DNA of 64,000 nucleotides, taken from NCBI RefSeq assembly GCF_006345805.1, contig NC_043006.1, positions 30,132,001 to 30,196,000 of the forward strand. Direction: 5' to 3'. Source of the DNA: Octopus sinensis (Eukaryota). Positions 28,001-38,788 of this stretch are shown here, in pieces (positions within the stretch are counted from its first letter, which is position 1; every line of letters starts with the position of its first letter). The notes beneath the pieces are model-generated. The model searched no databases. It saw only the letters and a list, made by a program, of their open reading frames with translations, and was not told the origin of the DNA. A program made the position numbers and the translations under genes.

Positions 28001-31000
28001 ACCCTCCCAATCTCCTCTTCCACCTGTTCCTCAGTCTACCTCGCTTTCACACTCCATTTACCTCAAACGCAATCACCCTCCACAGAACATGCTCTTCATC
28101 CCTCCTCAAGACATGCTCATACCACCTCACTCCATTTGCCCTTACCAACCATTTCATCGATTCCTCCAACCTCAGCATTCCCATCAAATCCTTAGTCTTC
28201 CTCTTATCAAACAGCTTCAACCCACATATGTGTATAATACAATATCTATGTATAATATTAATTGAGTAAAAATTCTTTTGGTTCACTACATAAACTAGTT
28301 TACGCACTTAACTATATACTTATCAATATAGCTGCTTTCAGTTACATGGATCTTCTGCATACAATAGTAACTGTTCTCAATACCATGGTGGCTCTGTGTA
28401 CAGGTCAGCTGAAGAAGTAGAAGTTTAATGAAGTCCAAATGAACGCATTTCGAAACTGTGCTTTTAACTGAATCCGTAGGGAGAGTTACAAGGATTAGTT
28501 TGTCCAGACAAACGGTCAGGACACAAATTGCAAGAAAAGAATAGCAATGTGATGTATGACAGGAGAACTTGTGAGTGATTTTGACCAACATATTGAAATA
28601 TGAAACTTACCATCAAAACAATGGATTGGATAATTGCACAGAAGTCCTCCATCAACATAATGTTTCATTGTTCCATTATTGGCAGAATACTTTGATGGAC
28701 GAAAGATTACAGGGATGGACATTGACATACGCACAGCAAGGCGTACAGGCATATTTGGAGTTGTCTTTGGGTGGCAATATTCAACAGCCATGTGGTTAAC
28801 ATTAGTCACAACCACGCATAATTCTCGCTTATGATGTTTGTAGATCTTGGAGAAGAGAAGAAATGAAATCAACATTTGAGTTTGGCATGAAACTTGATTA
28901 AAAAGAAAAAAAACATTGAATATGTATTTACTATTTGAAATTATTTTATTAGAATTTTACTAATTTTTTCCTTCCAAACCAACAACAGTATATAATTCCA
29001 GTATATTTTAGTAATCTTAAAGGAATGTCAAGTAAAATTGATTTTGGACATGAAATAAAAGTGATTCAAACCTGATATCTTCTTGTCCTATAAATCAAAA
29101 ATTGGTTTCAAATTCTGGCACAAGACCAGCAATTCGATTACATTACTCAACTGGCATTTATTTTATTGACCCAAAAGGATGAAAGCTGAAGTTGACATCA
29201 GCAGAATTTGAAATTAAAACATAAAAACGGACGAAATGCTGCCAAGCATTTTACTTGGAATGCTAATGATTCTACCAGCTTATCACCTTTATAAAAATCA
29301 TTAAAATACAAAACATTTAATATAAAAATTCAAAATCAACAAAAGATGTTTATATATTGGTTATATGTTTTATATTCTTAATTGTCATCAGGAAAGCTTC
29401 AAATATCTTTATCAATCAGTTCAGTCCACTGAAAGAAGAGATTATTAAGTAACATTAATGAGTGAAGAGTATGAAGGCAGTTTATCCAGGATGTATTCCA
29501 GATACATTTCTTTTTTACTATTTCGATGTATTTCACATCTCCCTCTCTATTTAGAAATATTGGATAATGTCACTGACATATGTTGACAAAATGATGTTCT
29601 ACTTTAATTTATCTAACTGTAAAAGAAACTAACTTACTAATTTGCATTAATGAGCTAATTAAGACTCATTTATAGTCTCATTTCTATTTGCCTCTGTGTT
29701 GTCACTTAGTTCAGGAAACTTTAGAACAGAAACTATAGGGTTTAAATAGTAAATCATAGAATGATGAGAACTTACAATAAAGATGGAATGGTCACAGATA
29801 GAATATTGGTTGGTAAATCAAGTTCAACTCAAAACAGTATGTTGTCTTAGTTCCTGTGAAAGTAGATTGTTCTTAGACATTTAACTATCTTCACAGAAAA
29901 TCCAAACATGGACATGTAATGTGAGTAGTGTAAAATAGATTAAAGTTTAATGGTGAATTTATTAGGAACAGAAGTTGACTAAGAAAACTTGAAAAGAAAT
30001 ATTGATATCTCACAGATGAAATAACAGTGACTAGATCTCACAGATGATATGGTACAAGATCATGATACATGGAAAGTAATTGCATTGATGACAATAAAAG
30101 TTATGACAACTACAACACTGGTAGCTAGTGATGACACTGATGACAACGATTGGCTAATGATATCTATTTCTGTACTAATAATCAACCAGAAAGTTAGAAA
30201 ACACTCACCTCCCAGAAAGTAACATCTGCATTGCCAGTTTTTTTTTCAAGTACTTTTTTAAACCATTCTTCAATTCTTTTGCCATGATTCCAGCCAAAGT
30301 TCTTGATTAGGTTTGGTAAAAGGCTTAAATATCCCCATTCATGATCTACAAGAAAAAAATTAAAGCAACAATGTGACAGTTGATTATAGTTTTGGTAACA
30401 AGATATATACATCTTCAACTGCTCCAAGCGACAAATGTGAAAATAAACTTCTCTAGAAATTTAATCATCAAACATATTTGTTGTAGATTCTTTGTTTGGC
30501 GTATGCTCATTTTCATAAAAAGTGGTAAAGTGTAGTAAATAATTTACATTATCCTAATATATAACTGGTACCTTTTTTATTGAACAAAGTAGCATTAAAA
30601 TTATAATTTAGTCTCAGTAGGAATTGAACTTAGAAATATAAGAGTTAGAATCAAATGTCTTCTAATACAGCATCCTAGCCTCTGAACCATAACTATTACA
30701 TTATATGCATACAGGGAACATAGTTGCTTTCATTTAAATGTAGCAGTCATATCTTCCTCAACAAGTCTCTAACTATATTTTTAAAACGGCACCTATATCT
30801 AAAGACTTAATATAGAAGTAGAAGAGCTACAGCTCATATTTTCAGGTAACTGCTAAGCATTTGATTGGTTACCTGTGTCATGTGACATTACAGAAAACCC
30901 AACCTCATTCCTCTGTGCAGAGGCAGCAGTAGATTATGAAAGAATTGGATCAGAAAGCAAAATAAACATAACTACTCTAATGACTATATATAATTGTGAA

Positions 31001-34000
31001 AATCAGTCTTGTTCATAGTCACAAACATACTGAGATGAGGTTGACTAAAGGAGATTGCTTGTTATAATGATTTCCATCGGCTTTGAGATGCTACAAGTGA
31101 CTATGACATATTGGGAGTTGGTAGGTTGAAGAGTTTGCCCTTTTTAGGAATGAGATATAATTATGTGTTTCAATAAATTAAAATAAATCTCATTAAAAAG
31201 ACATATTTGGTGAGGACAGAAGCTGGCTTTGGAGGTCAACTGTTTGTAAGAAACTGCTAACCAGTTGCCTCATCAAATTTGAGTAATTGAAGGTACTTTC
31301 ATACTTGAGGACTGTGCAAGATAGAGGCAGAAGAGGGGAAGCAGCGTGTGATTTAGCTTTGTCAGCAAGATTCTACAGATTCAATTTGGTTGATGAGTGG
31401 CTGGTAGAGAGTTTGCATGCAAAGCACTGAATGAAGACATCCTTTACATCCCAGATAATATCTTAGTTCTCAGTTATTGATAATGACTGACCTTTCCCTT
31501 GTGTTTTATGCAATAAGCTTTACCACTGAATCATAGCTTCAAGTGAATTGGAAACTTGAAGTTGTGGGCTTGTTGTGTAACTGATATGAAGAGTTGTACC
31601 AAAAAAGATGCTGTGAAATCCTAATACTCCATAAAACTACATACAAATACGACCATCACTAGCTTGTGATATCAAGACTTTCATAAAACCAAGGTTTGAT
31701 ACAAACACAAATAGCATTACTTTGATAAAGTATCTTCACCTTCCATAAAAGTATTATATTGATATCCCTAATATGTGAAAGCCACACCCTCTCCAAGTAA
31801 TTACAGTACAATATTAATATCTATATTATCATGTGATAGCTGCATCTTCCATCAAATGATCATAATTATTTAACATCCCTTTTTCTATGATGGCAGGGGT
31901 TGGACAGGTTCTATGTTTGTTTTGGCCCTTTCTAGTGCCAACCACTTAACAAACCACTTACATGGCACTAACACCAATGGGGTCACCAAGTAACCACAAG
32001 ATAAGACCCCTCAACAGTAGTATATCAATATCCCTATTATGAATATGATGGCCGCACATTCTGCTAAAATGTTATAGTAGTACTTACCAAGCATCAACTT
32101 GCCAATGTCTTGACCTAAGTAGTCCAAGAGCTCATCACTTGAAACGCCAACACTGATTAATGCAGCAACCATTGCCCCAGCACTTGCACCAGCTAGGCGT
32201 TTTATATTATTTAATACACCAAGTTCTTCAAGTACCTAGAAAACAAAAGAAAACAACAGTTCAGTTTAAAGAAAAAGAGAATAACAATAACAACAACATC
32301 ATTGTCATTGTTAGCAACATCCTCCTGACCTGTGGAGAGCTACACAGAGCATGCCAGAATATCATATTTCTACTCATCTCAGTTCTGAAAATAGTTTCAT
32401 AGGTAAGGTGGCGGTTGACAATTTCTATTACTGCATCAAAGTTCTCTGGAACTACTTGCTGATTGATACCTACTAATGCATTAGCAGGTTGTGTTTCTGC
32501 TTCCTGTAGATGGTCTGTGATCAACAAGCTCAAATCCATTTCGTTACTATTTCTGTCAGACTTCTTAGCCTTCCTTCTCTTATGACAAACATGCTGGTCT
32601 GTCCAGTGGGTGTTTCCATTTGGATGCATCATAGGTGAGTTTCTGATTGCCCTGTTCAGTCCTTGATTTCAGTTACTTTTGGATTTTCTCTATCCTATGA
32701 GCATATGGTTGCCAACATGCATCTGGCATGGTTTCGTTTATCAAACAATTTTTTAGCTCTCTTTTCTGGTTGAATCATCCGGGATGATCTGATTGTGCAT
32801 TGTTCCTGCTGATATTGGTCTCGTGTTAGGCACTGGCTTCACACTTGTCTTATAGTGTGCACTTGCATTGTAATTCATCATTCCTTTAAGACTCTCTTGT
32901 TGTGGATCTTACAAGGAGTCTTATAGGAATGCACAGCAGACTCTGTTTGCAACGTATTGGCCACTTGCTGGTCAGTTGTTTCAAGCGTATCCCCCTGCCC
33001 AGTCTAATGAGTATTTCATAATCAGATCTTTCTCGTAGGACTTTCTTCTGAAGGTGGGAGATTGAGGTTTGCATGGCAATGACACCTCTGGCTGCACTGT
33101 TTGGTATATAGTTATTCAATGGGCAACTCATTGCTTGCTTTAAAACCTGCAGACACCAGTCTCCAAAAACATCTTGCTTCCTTGAGGCATGTCATTTAAG
33201 AGTTTGTATTTGGAGTATTCCAGATTCATAACAACTTTCAAACCATCTTTGATGTTTTTTTTATTGCTTGGTTGATACAATCTTCTGTTTTGACTTTGCC
33301 TGTATAATCAAAGAGAGTCATATCTGTATCAGATTTTTCTTTTTAGCATCAGTGAAATCTTCTGGAATGAATGCCAATTCTGCTTGCTTCATATACTTCT
33401 CAAATCTTTCAAGTATCTCAGTGGTGTCAGTACCTTGACAGAATGGTCCTTGGCTCCTTATAGAGCTGTTGTGTCTATCAATTAACAGTTCAGAAACTCA
33501 TTGGTAGATGAAATGTCTTATTTTCATAAGTCAGGACTGGATTGAATTCAAAGGGTTATAACCCTGCTATTAAAGTAATATCATATGTACATGGGCGGAC
33601 CAGGGGGTCCCTGAGAAGCATGTCCCCCCCCCCCCTCAGGAAAAGAAGTGTGCCCTTCTAAATAATGTTATTACACTCTTTCCTCCTGGAATTGTATTCT
33701 ATCCTGACTTCATGCCCTCCCTTTGAAAAATTCCTGGGACTGTGCCTGCTGTAGATTAAACAGAGACCAGGACACAATGCATCGTCAGGGATTATGTACC
33801 AAGGGAACATTACAGGAAGAAAGACTCTCTCTCTCTCTCTCTGCATTTCAGGAGTCCACAACTTGTAAGAGTGTTCAATTCCTGTTCTATGCAGGTAACA
33901 AAATCGTACAAGGAAGATAACTCCCTATGGCGATTCACAGAACATGCCAGAATATCACATTTATCATTCTCAATGCACAGTTTATTTGGAACTTGGTATT

Positions 34001-36401
34001 TTTTTTCTTTTCTCTCATCTTGCTTATTTCCATTTCAAGGTCCTTGTATTTTGATTTAATTTTTTATGCATCATTTGATCAAAGTATCTAACAATTTATA
34101 GATTTTCATTCCTGTCTTTGCTTATGGCATTCTGATGGTTTGCTTTGATCTCCTTGTCAATCATATTCTGTATCATCATAAACATAGCTACGACTTTTTC
34201 AGGTGAGTAAGAGCACTGGAATGTCTGTATTAGGCATATTGTTGGCAGAGAAATAATTAAAGGAAGTGGGGTTATCAGTATATGATAGAATAATTAATCT
34301 CAGACAAGTGACATGTAACAGAAATATTGATCTTTGAACATGTAGCACAAGCATTCACCATGAAGTTTATCAATCCAAGAAGTTGCTCCACCCACCACCT
34401 TCATTCTAACATTGGTCCCCACCCCCTGGTGGACTGTGGGATCCAAGATTTAGTGACATTATTTGCTTAGGATTGTTGGCGATTTTTCACCAATAGTAAC
34501 TAGCCAGCTCTTTCTCGTCTGCGGTCTTTGGTACTTCTTGTCTTTTCTGCTGCACTCAAAGTGTTTGCAGCTAAGAGAGTAGAGATTCCTCCGCTATCAT
34601 CATCATCAAAACATCTGTTTTCCATGCTGGCATGAGTTGAACAGTTTGACAGGAACTGGCAAGACTGGAGAGTGCACCAGGCTCCAGTCATCTGTTTTGG
34701 TATGGTTTCTACAGTTGGATGCCTTTCCTAACACCAACAACTTTACAGAGTGTACTGGGTGCTTATTAGTGGTGCCAGCACAGGGAAAATACATGTGTGT
34801 GTGAAAATATTCTAGCCTCCACGACAATCTCAAACTACAATATTACAGAGTGTAAGGTTATGCTTTAGGACATCTGTGAATTTCAATTGTGGTCTTCCAT
34901 AGTAACATTTTCTTGTATTTCAGAATAAAAAATGGTCTCTGGTAGTCATTCATTATCTATCCTTTGAGCACAACCAATCCTGTAAAACAGATGTGTGATA
35001 ATCATTGCCTCAACCGTTGTCTTTTCTGTTTGTTCTTGGAATATTAAGCGTTGCTTTTCTTTTGCTTTTGGTTAATTGCAAGAAGTAGATGAAATTTGGT
35101 GTGGTTCTGATAAGGAATCCACATTTTACAAGCATAAAGAAGTGCTCTGGCAACTACTGCTTGGTAGAAATTATCAGCAAACATCTAGCTTTCGAAGTGG
35201 GTTCAATTCTCAGACCCCTGATGGTCTTCCACACCATAACAGAAGAATTGAAGAAGATAATTATTTGTGGCAGCTCCTGTATGTTGAATCTTTTTATCAC
35301 TCTCCCTCTCTCACTCTTTTCCCCTCTTCCTCCCTCCTTCTCTCATTATCTAGCTCTACTGGTTCCTATCTCTTTTTCTCACTTACTTCCTCCTCCATTA
35401 ATCATTGATGATACACATCATTCTCTCATTTTCATTACTCCTTTATCATCCTGTCTCCTTTCCCCTTTATGGTTTCCTCACCAAAATTCAGCAGATGGGT
35501 TTCTATATCAGTCTTTCGATATTCCCTCTTCTATCACCCTTTTACCCAAGTTCTTTCAGTTTCATCACTTTCTGGGTCAGTTTGATTTTTAGTCTTGCTG
35601 AAGTTAAGACAACCTCTCCAGTGCTGGTGCTATGGTATTAGGCGGCGAACTGGCAGAAACTTTAGCACACTGGGCGAAATGCGTAGCCGTATTTCGTCTG
35701 CCGTTACGTTCTGAGTTCAAATTCCGCCGAGGTCGACTTTGCCTTTCATCCTTTCGGGGTCGATAAATTAAGTACCAGTTACGCACTGGGGTCGATGTAA
35801 TCGACTTAATCCGTTTGTCTGTCCTTGTTTGTCCCTTCTGTGTTTAACCCCTCGTGGGTAGTAAAGAAATAGGTATTAGGAAAGGCAAATGGTTATTAAA
35901 AAGTATGTCAAAATTGAACCTCTAAGTAATTATGTGGTCTCTAGCCCATCTATGGAAGCATTAACTTCAAATAAGAAATTAGTGGGTACTGATGACTTAT
36001 CCAAACTATGACAGTACAGAAGGCACACACAAAATGATTATGATGATGACAACAACAATAACAATGACATTGATAATAATGATGATGATGCTGTATCCTA
36101 TGTAAGCTTTCAATCTGCTTTAAATAAATGTAACTCATAGAAAAACATAAAATCTCACGTGTAAACAACCACAATAAGCAATGCCTTTATTTCCACCACC
36201 TTCAAACACCAAATTCTCAAAGGGGTATTCATAGTCTTTCAAATCTATAAGTTGTGCTTTACTAGTATCAGGGAATTCCATGGCAGAAGCACTCATTTTT
36301 CTTGAAATGCATTTTTCCTCCTCACACATAACTAATTCATGCAATTCAGAATTGGATTTGGACTGATTTAATTTTCCACAACATTTTGTAACATTTCCCA
36401 T
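2197..36401 (-). CDS. Spliced gene: patatin-like phospholipase (ExoU/VipD/YqhO-like) with internal EF-hand module, 12 coding exons, 541 aa
   Basis: Exons 36401-36159, 32235-32088, 30345-30209, 28845-28611, 23258-23128, 22541-22438, 20206-20122, 14660-14592, 8425-8315, 5355-5197, 3476-3381, 2304-2197 total 1626 nt with compatible phases and no internal stop. Motifs LVFEGGGNKG, GASAG, YVDGG; EF-loop DKNSDDKIEYEE. Confidence 0.9.
2905..3114. mobile_element. piggyBac-type MITE
   Basis: CCCTTT...AAAGGG termini flanked by TAAA/TTAA; second copy at 63140-63326. Confidence 0.7.
3381..3476 (-). CDS. Patatin gene exon 11 (EDDRYRTVGINTGYIDTTDFSLEQDDKNFLIK)
   Basis: ttttctag| acceptor, AAG|gtaaca donor, 96 nt; RTVxIxTxxIxTTDF matches the C-terminal pattern of bacterial-type patatins. 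Confidence 0.9.
3520..4420 (+). mobile_element. Decayed CR1/L2/Jockey-group LINE (APE endonuclease)
   Basis: FIAGDFNYPEI, PTRCNNTLDLLFT, SDH, DWENADW motifs with frameshifts. 4150-4420 may be a minus-strand LINE 3' piece. Confidence 0.7.
4711..4870 (+). mobile_element. SINE family B (Nin-domain-like), decayed
   Basis: ctgagttcaaattcc...gactttgccttccatcctttcagggttgataaa matches 35640-35877. Confidence 0.75.
5197..5355 (-). CDS. Patatin gene exon 10 (IEYEELIHILE...NSLQSYLSALMETML...FIV)
   Basis: attgtag| acceptor, GTG|gtattg donor, 159 nt; completes the EF loop. Confidence 0.88.
7480..8088 (-). mobile_element. Helitron/Helentron-like non-autonomous element with internally repeated modules
   Basis: Related modules ending cataatgcccat (~7760, ~8065); terminus ttatagtaagat. 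Confidence 0.4.
8315..8425 (-). CDS. Patatin gene exon 9 (DPELNEED...IFMTLDKNSDDK)
   Basis: cctacag| acceptor, AAG|gtaaaa donor, 111 nt; first half of the EF-hand loop. Confidence 0.88.
8680..9720 (+). mobile_element. 5'-truncated RTE LINE with 3' UTR and (GAT)n tail
   Basis: Colinear with 41690-42957 (KLEVV.SF.YLGDQV; GRGRPRKTW); ends atgataatgatgatg. Confidence 0.85.
10460..13230 (-). mobile_element. Heavily decayed L1/Tx1-type LINE
   Basis: Minus-strand remnants RPGYW (post-endonuclease), GALIS...VDH, KVNDHLSE..QG...SP..YVL, SVFVDNITI (YADD region), KYKKVVGAK. Confidence 0.6.
14592..14660 (-). CDS. Patatin gene exon 8 (VIAKHNPERQTTINMDMFIAVLL; degenerate EF-hand)
   Basis: tttttcag| acceptor, CTT|gtgagt donor, 69 nt, phase 0-0. 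Confidence 0.75.
14930..17609 (+). mobile_element. Decayed Ty3/Gypsy LTR retrotransposon pol (protease-RT-RNaseH-integrase)
   Basis: ALVDTGCS (protease), YCLTRLGF...YIDG (RT, YIDD mutated), WCDVSS...HINVAELDA...NRADVLTR (RNase H), HHMG...WKRLAVD...DNSTAF (integrase); many frameshifts. Confidence 0.9.
17687..18014 (+). mobile_element. 3' LTR of the Gypsy element
   Basis: Follows G-rich PPT (agagtgggggggggggcg); begins TGTGGTGT and ends ACATCACA (imperfect terminal inverted repeat). Confidence 0.65.
18377..18792 (+). mobile_element. Solo LTR (Gypsy-type), CpG-rich
   Basis: TGTAGTGA...TCGTTACA termini, 4-bp TSD AACC (18373-18376 / 18793-18796), AATAAA at ~18666. Confidence 0.75.
20122..20206 (-). 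CDS. Patatin gene exon 7 (KSRNQNSSMKMEECTKHENICSAFDKLTQ)
   Basis: ttttacag| acceptor, CAG|gttagt donor, 85 nt, phase 2 to 0. Confidence 0.8.
20371..20627 (-). mobile_element. Putative non-autonomous Helentron (HINE/DINE-1-like)
   Basis: Terminus TTATTACCTTCGCCTTAGCGAA...GAGGT with a short hairpin; internal aagtttcatctgaatccatccagtggttcttga motif and acaa repeats. Confidence 0.45.
21660..21905. mobile_element. Two oppositely oriented RTE 3' fragments
   Basis: 21660-21730 minus (LGLTEAMT) next to 21740-21905 plus (KKCQ...KVWDEVVK). Confidence 0.6.
22438..22541 (-). CDS. Patatin gene exon 6 (FSDDEPEIMRTYLENRL...ETKLS), GC donor
   Basis: aattag| acceptor; open frame; AA|gcaagt donor gives the phase 2 needed by exon 7. 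Confidence 0.75.
23128..23258 (-). CDS. Patatin gene exon 5 (GWWLSMAPEDNFISRL...KTLGFLL)
   Basis: ttttccag| acceptor, TTG|gtatgt donor, 131 nt, phase 1 to 0. Confidence 0.9.
23300..23911. mobile_element. Tc1/mariner (Tigger/pogo-like) MITE interrupted by a SINE
   Basis: TA|CAGTAATCCCTC ... GGGGATAACTG|TA termini. Confidence 0.6.
23388..23792 (-). mobile_element. tRNA-derived SINE family A, near full length
   Basis: Minus-strand head gcaggagtggctgtgtggtaag (box A)...gggttcagtccc (box B), internal (TA/TG)n, tail gactgaaacaagta. Confidence 0.9.
24088..24470 (-). mobile_element. tRNA-derived SINE family C
   Basis: Minus head ggaggcgcaatggcccagtggttagg...ggttttgattccc (A and B boxes); CpG-retaining. 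Confidence 0.8.
24540..24720 (+). mobile_element. piggyBac-like transposase fragment
   Basis: LSSDESLARTK followed, after a frameshift, by MQYL...HHKWDIK, resembling the SIDESM...QYxPxK...KWGIK motif. Confidence 0.5.
24880..25365. repeat. Compound (CA)/(TA)/(TG) microsatellite field
   Basis: Direct inspection. Confidence 0.9.
25669..25985. repeat. 53-bp minisatellite, 6 units
   Basis: Unit catgtatatagaggccagtgagtgagataaagggagagcagaggaccaatggg starting at 25669, 25722, 25775, 25828, 25881, 25934. Confidence 0.95.
26868..27222 (+). mobile_element. tRNA-derived SINE family A
   Basis: gtggtaagaagcttgcttcc...ggattcagtccc...gactgaaacaagtaaaa. Confidence 0.85.
27228..27428. mobile_element. Foldback/MITE with ~50-bp terminal inverted repeats
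   Basis: tttatttcccaacataaagtggcagtcctgatcaggaccaatgttactg vs cagtaacattggtcctaaccaggactaccactttacattggcaaataaa. Confidence 0.75.
27870..28225 (-). mobile_element. RTE LINE 3' fragment (second family)
   Basis: GVRWYEHVLRRDEEHVL motif; (CAT)n tail on plus. Confidence 0.7.
28611..28845 (-). CDS. Patatin gene exon 4 (IYKHHKRELCVVVTN...AVRMSMSIP...YVDGGLLCNYPIHCFD)
   Basis: ctccaag| acceptor, G|gtaagt donor, 235 nt; catalytic DGG motif. Confidence 0.94.
29100..29290 (-). mobile_element. SINE family B, decayed
   Basis: ttattgacccaaaaggatgaaagc...gaatttgaa, reverse match to 35640 copy. Confidence 0.65.
30209..30345 (-). CDS. Patatin gene exon 3 (DHEWGYLSLL...FGWNHGKRIEEWF...DVTFWE)
   Basis: ttgtag| acceptor, GAG|gtgagt donor, 137 nt, phase 1 to 0. 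Confidence 0.92.
32088..32235 (-). CDS. Patatin gene exon 2 (VLEELGVLNNIKRLAGASAGAMVAAL...KLML)
   Basis: tctag| acceptor, G|gtaagt donor, 148 nt; GxSxG nucleophile elbow. Confidence 0.93.
32290..33520 (-). mobile_element. Highly decayed non-LTR retroelement remnant (clade uncertain)
   Basis: Coding-like composition with broken frames and a simple-repeat tail near 32280; no clean motif. Confidence 0.3.
35640..35877 (+). mobile_element. SINE family B (Nin-domain-like), young full-length copy
   Basis: ggcggcgaactggcagaa (A box), gagttcaaattcc (B box), gcctttcatcctttcggggtcgataaa..agtaccag core; ggtatta repeated at both ends; CpGs intact. Confidence 0.9.
36159..36401 (-). CDS. Patatin gene coding exon 1 (MGNVTKCC...LVFEGGGNKGIAYCGCLH)
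   Basis: Acceptor ttcag|TAAAATG (exon begins 36405, ATG at 36401); donor CAC|gtgaga, phase 0; Gly-rich oxyanion motif. Confidence 0.92.
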
Positions 36402-37037
36402 TTTACTGAAATAGAAAATAAGATAGCATTGATTATCCAGTTCAATACACATCTCCTTTTATCTTATACATAATCAACATCAAATGAAATCAAATCACAA
36501 TCAAATGGAAATTGTAGTTGTGGTCCCTGTGCTGGTGGCACATAAAAAGCGCCATCTGAACATGGTCGATGCCAGCCCCCTCGCCCTGACTGACTTCTGT
36601 GCTGGTGGCATGTAAAAAGCACCATCCGATCGTGGATGATGCCTTTCATGTCACTTCAGCCAATTGACAAGTGCCGCATGAAGAACTGTTCTGCTTTTAG
36701 ACAAATGCATTGTCAGCACAAAGATCACACCCTGTTTACATGTAGGAACACCTTAATTCATATTGATAGATGTGTTAATGTTTTGTAATGATGTATTCTA
36801 TGTAACATTCAACAACACAAGCAGACAGAAATCACCATTTACCTATCGATAATATTGCAGTCTGCACTGTATTCATACAGTTCACACGCTGCTTACATGT
36901 AGGAACATTTTCTTAATTCATATCGATAGATGTGTTGATGTTTTCATAAGTAGATTGATAATCTACATGTTTTGTAAATGTATTGATAATCTACATGTTA
37001 TTTTATTCTTAAATCTATATGCAAATTTATTTGTATG

Positions 37038-37537
37038 TCTACTATAAAACTAAATGTCAGTCTTTTTCTACATTCATTGTAAATCTATTTCAACACTAGC
37101 ACCCCTGAGGGTTATATTCTCTGGGAATGCACAAAAGCCCTTTTCAGAGTTATTTACTTTGAATTGTTATTATCTCATATCTAATTAGCCTGTTATTATG
37201 TAACATGCTTCATGATTTTGGTATACATACCTTATTGGTATTTCCTCCTATGTTCTATATACTCTGGGAATGCATTAAACCCTTTCCGGAGCTACTTTAT
37301 TTGAATTCTTACTATCGGATAACTAATTTCATGTTATTACTTAATTGACTTCATGATTTGGGATTTCCTAAAAATGAGATCCTATGTAAAACAGTTTGGT
37401 ATTCTCTGTAAATGCACAAAAACCATTTTAAGGGCTATATACTTTGTATTGTTGTTGTTAAAATAGTGAAACAATTATGAGAACAGAACCGAGGGTTAAG
37501 CCCCGCTTTTCTAGGAATTACCGGGTATATCAGCTAG
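37038..37537 (+). mobile_element. Non-autonomous Helitron-like element with three internal ~140-bp modules
   Basis: 5' TCTACTATAAAA, 3' ccgggtatatcagCTAG|T; modules ctctgggaatgca at ~37118, ~37262, ~37404. Confidence 0.55.
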
Positions 37538-37987
37538 TATACATATATATATATATAAGAAAATATAAGTTAGAGGTTATGCAACCATCTAAGGGATAGA
37601 TGTATCCATAGGCACTCCTGGTGTATTGCCTCATTATGTATAGTTCTAGCTCTAAGGTATACAGTAGTAGGTAATTTAAGGTAAAACCATGGTTTAATAT
37701 ATATAGCAAAAGAAAAGAAATGGAACAATAATTAACCATGAGAAGTTGATTATTGGTATTAAAAAGTCATTATTTAATTGTAGTTCGGAACCATTTACAG
37801 CTGTTTCTTTTTATCAAATCGGAGTAAATTTACATTTACCTTGTTACATTTAACAAACATCTTCAATAATCCTAAACATATACTAATGACTTTACCATTA
37901 TATGATACAGATTAAACCAGTGGAATACCTTGGATTATATAATACCTAATGAAGATTTGACTTTCTTGAATTAACTGTGTGTGTGTG

Positions 37988-38021
<34 letters not shown>

Positions 38022-38439
38022 CTAGCAGCATAGCCCGGCGTTGCCCGGGTATGTAAGAGCCCCTAGTAGGCAACGACTAATCCCAATCTAGTCCTTTCCC
38101 TCTAGGGAACGAAGGCGCATGTGTAGGTTGCAATGTCTTCTCTTCACTCGAATACTTCTGTGTATACGATGTTCCTAGCTGTCCCTTTGGGCGATAAAAT
38201 GGTCGAGTTGTGTCCCCTAGAGAGAAAATGTGATAAGCTTAGATTCTCGAGCCAATGATGAATTTATCGATTTTTTTCAGAACTGGGGGAACTTTTCAAA
38301 ATTTTCACTGCGTTAGTTTTGAATTATGACATTGGGTTATGTGTGTGTCAAGTTTCATCAGAATCGGTTGAAAGCCGTGGTCAGGGTGAGGGTACAACCT
38401 GACAGACACACAGACAGACAAACTGCCGTTTATATATAG

Positions 38440-38440
<1 letters not shown>
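38022..38440 (-). mobile_element. Non-autonomous Helitron (short copy)
   Basis: Minus strand A|TCTATATA...CCCGGGCAACGCCGGG hairpin...CTAG|T; no TSD. Confidence 0.85.
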
Positions 38441-38480
<40 letters not shown>

Positions 38481-38483
38481 CCC

Positions 38484-38520
<37 letters not shown>

Positions 38521-38527
38521 TTTTTCC

Positions 38528-38562
<35 letters not shown>

Positions 38563-38788
38563 CGCATGCATGTATATATGTGCATGTGTATATATGTATA
38601 TTGCCATTAGGAAGGGGATCCAGCCATAGGAACCAAGCCAAAACAGATGACTGGAGCCTGGTGCAGCTCTCTGGTTTATCAGCTCCAGTCAAACTGTCTA
38701 ACCCATGCCCAGCATGGAAAACGAATGTTAAATGATGATGATGATGATTATTATATATATATATATATAATATATATATATATATATA

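Noticed and set aside
2197-36401. Recent bacterial horizontal transfer or contamination
   Set aside because: Eleven spliceosomal introns filled with host repeats; any bacterial origin would be ancient.
36402-36452. N-terminal extension MCIELDNQ... from the ORF track
   Set aside because: Lies across the polypyrimidine tract and acceptor (ttcag at 36406); intronic.
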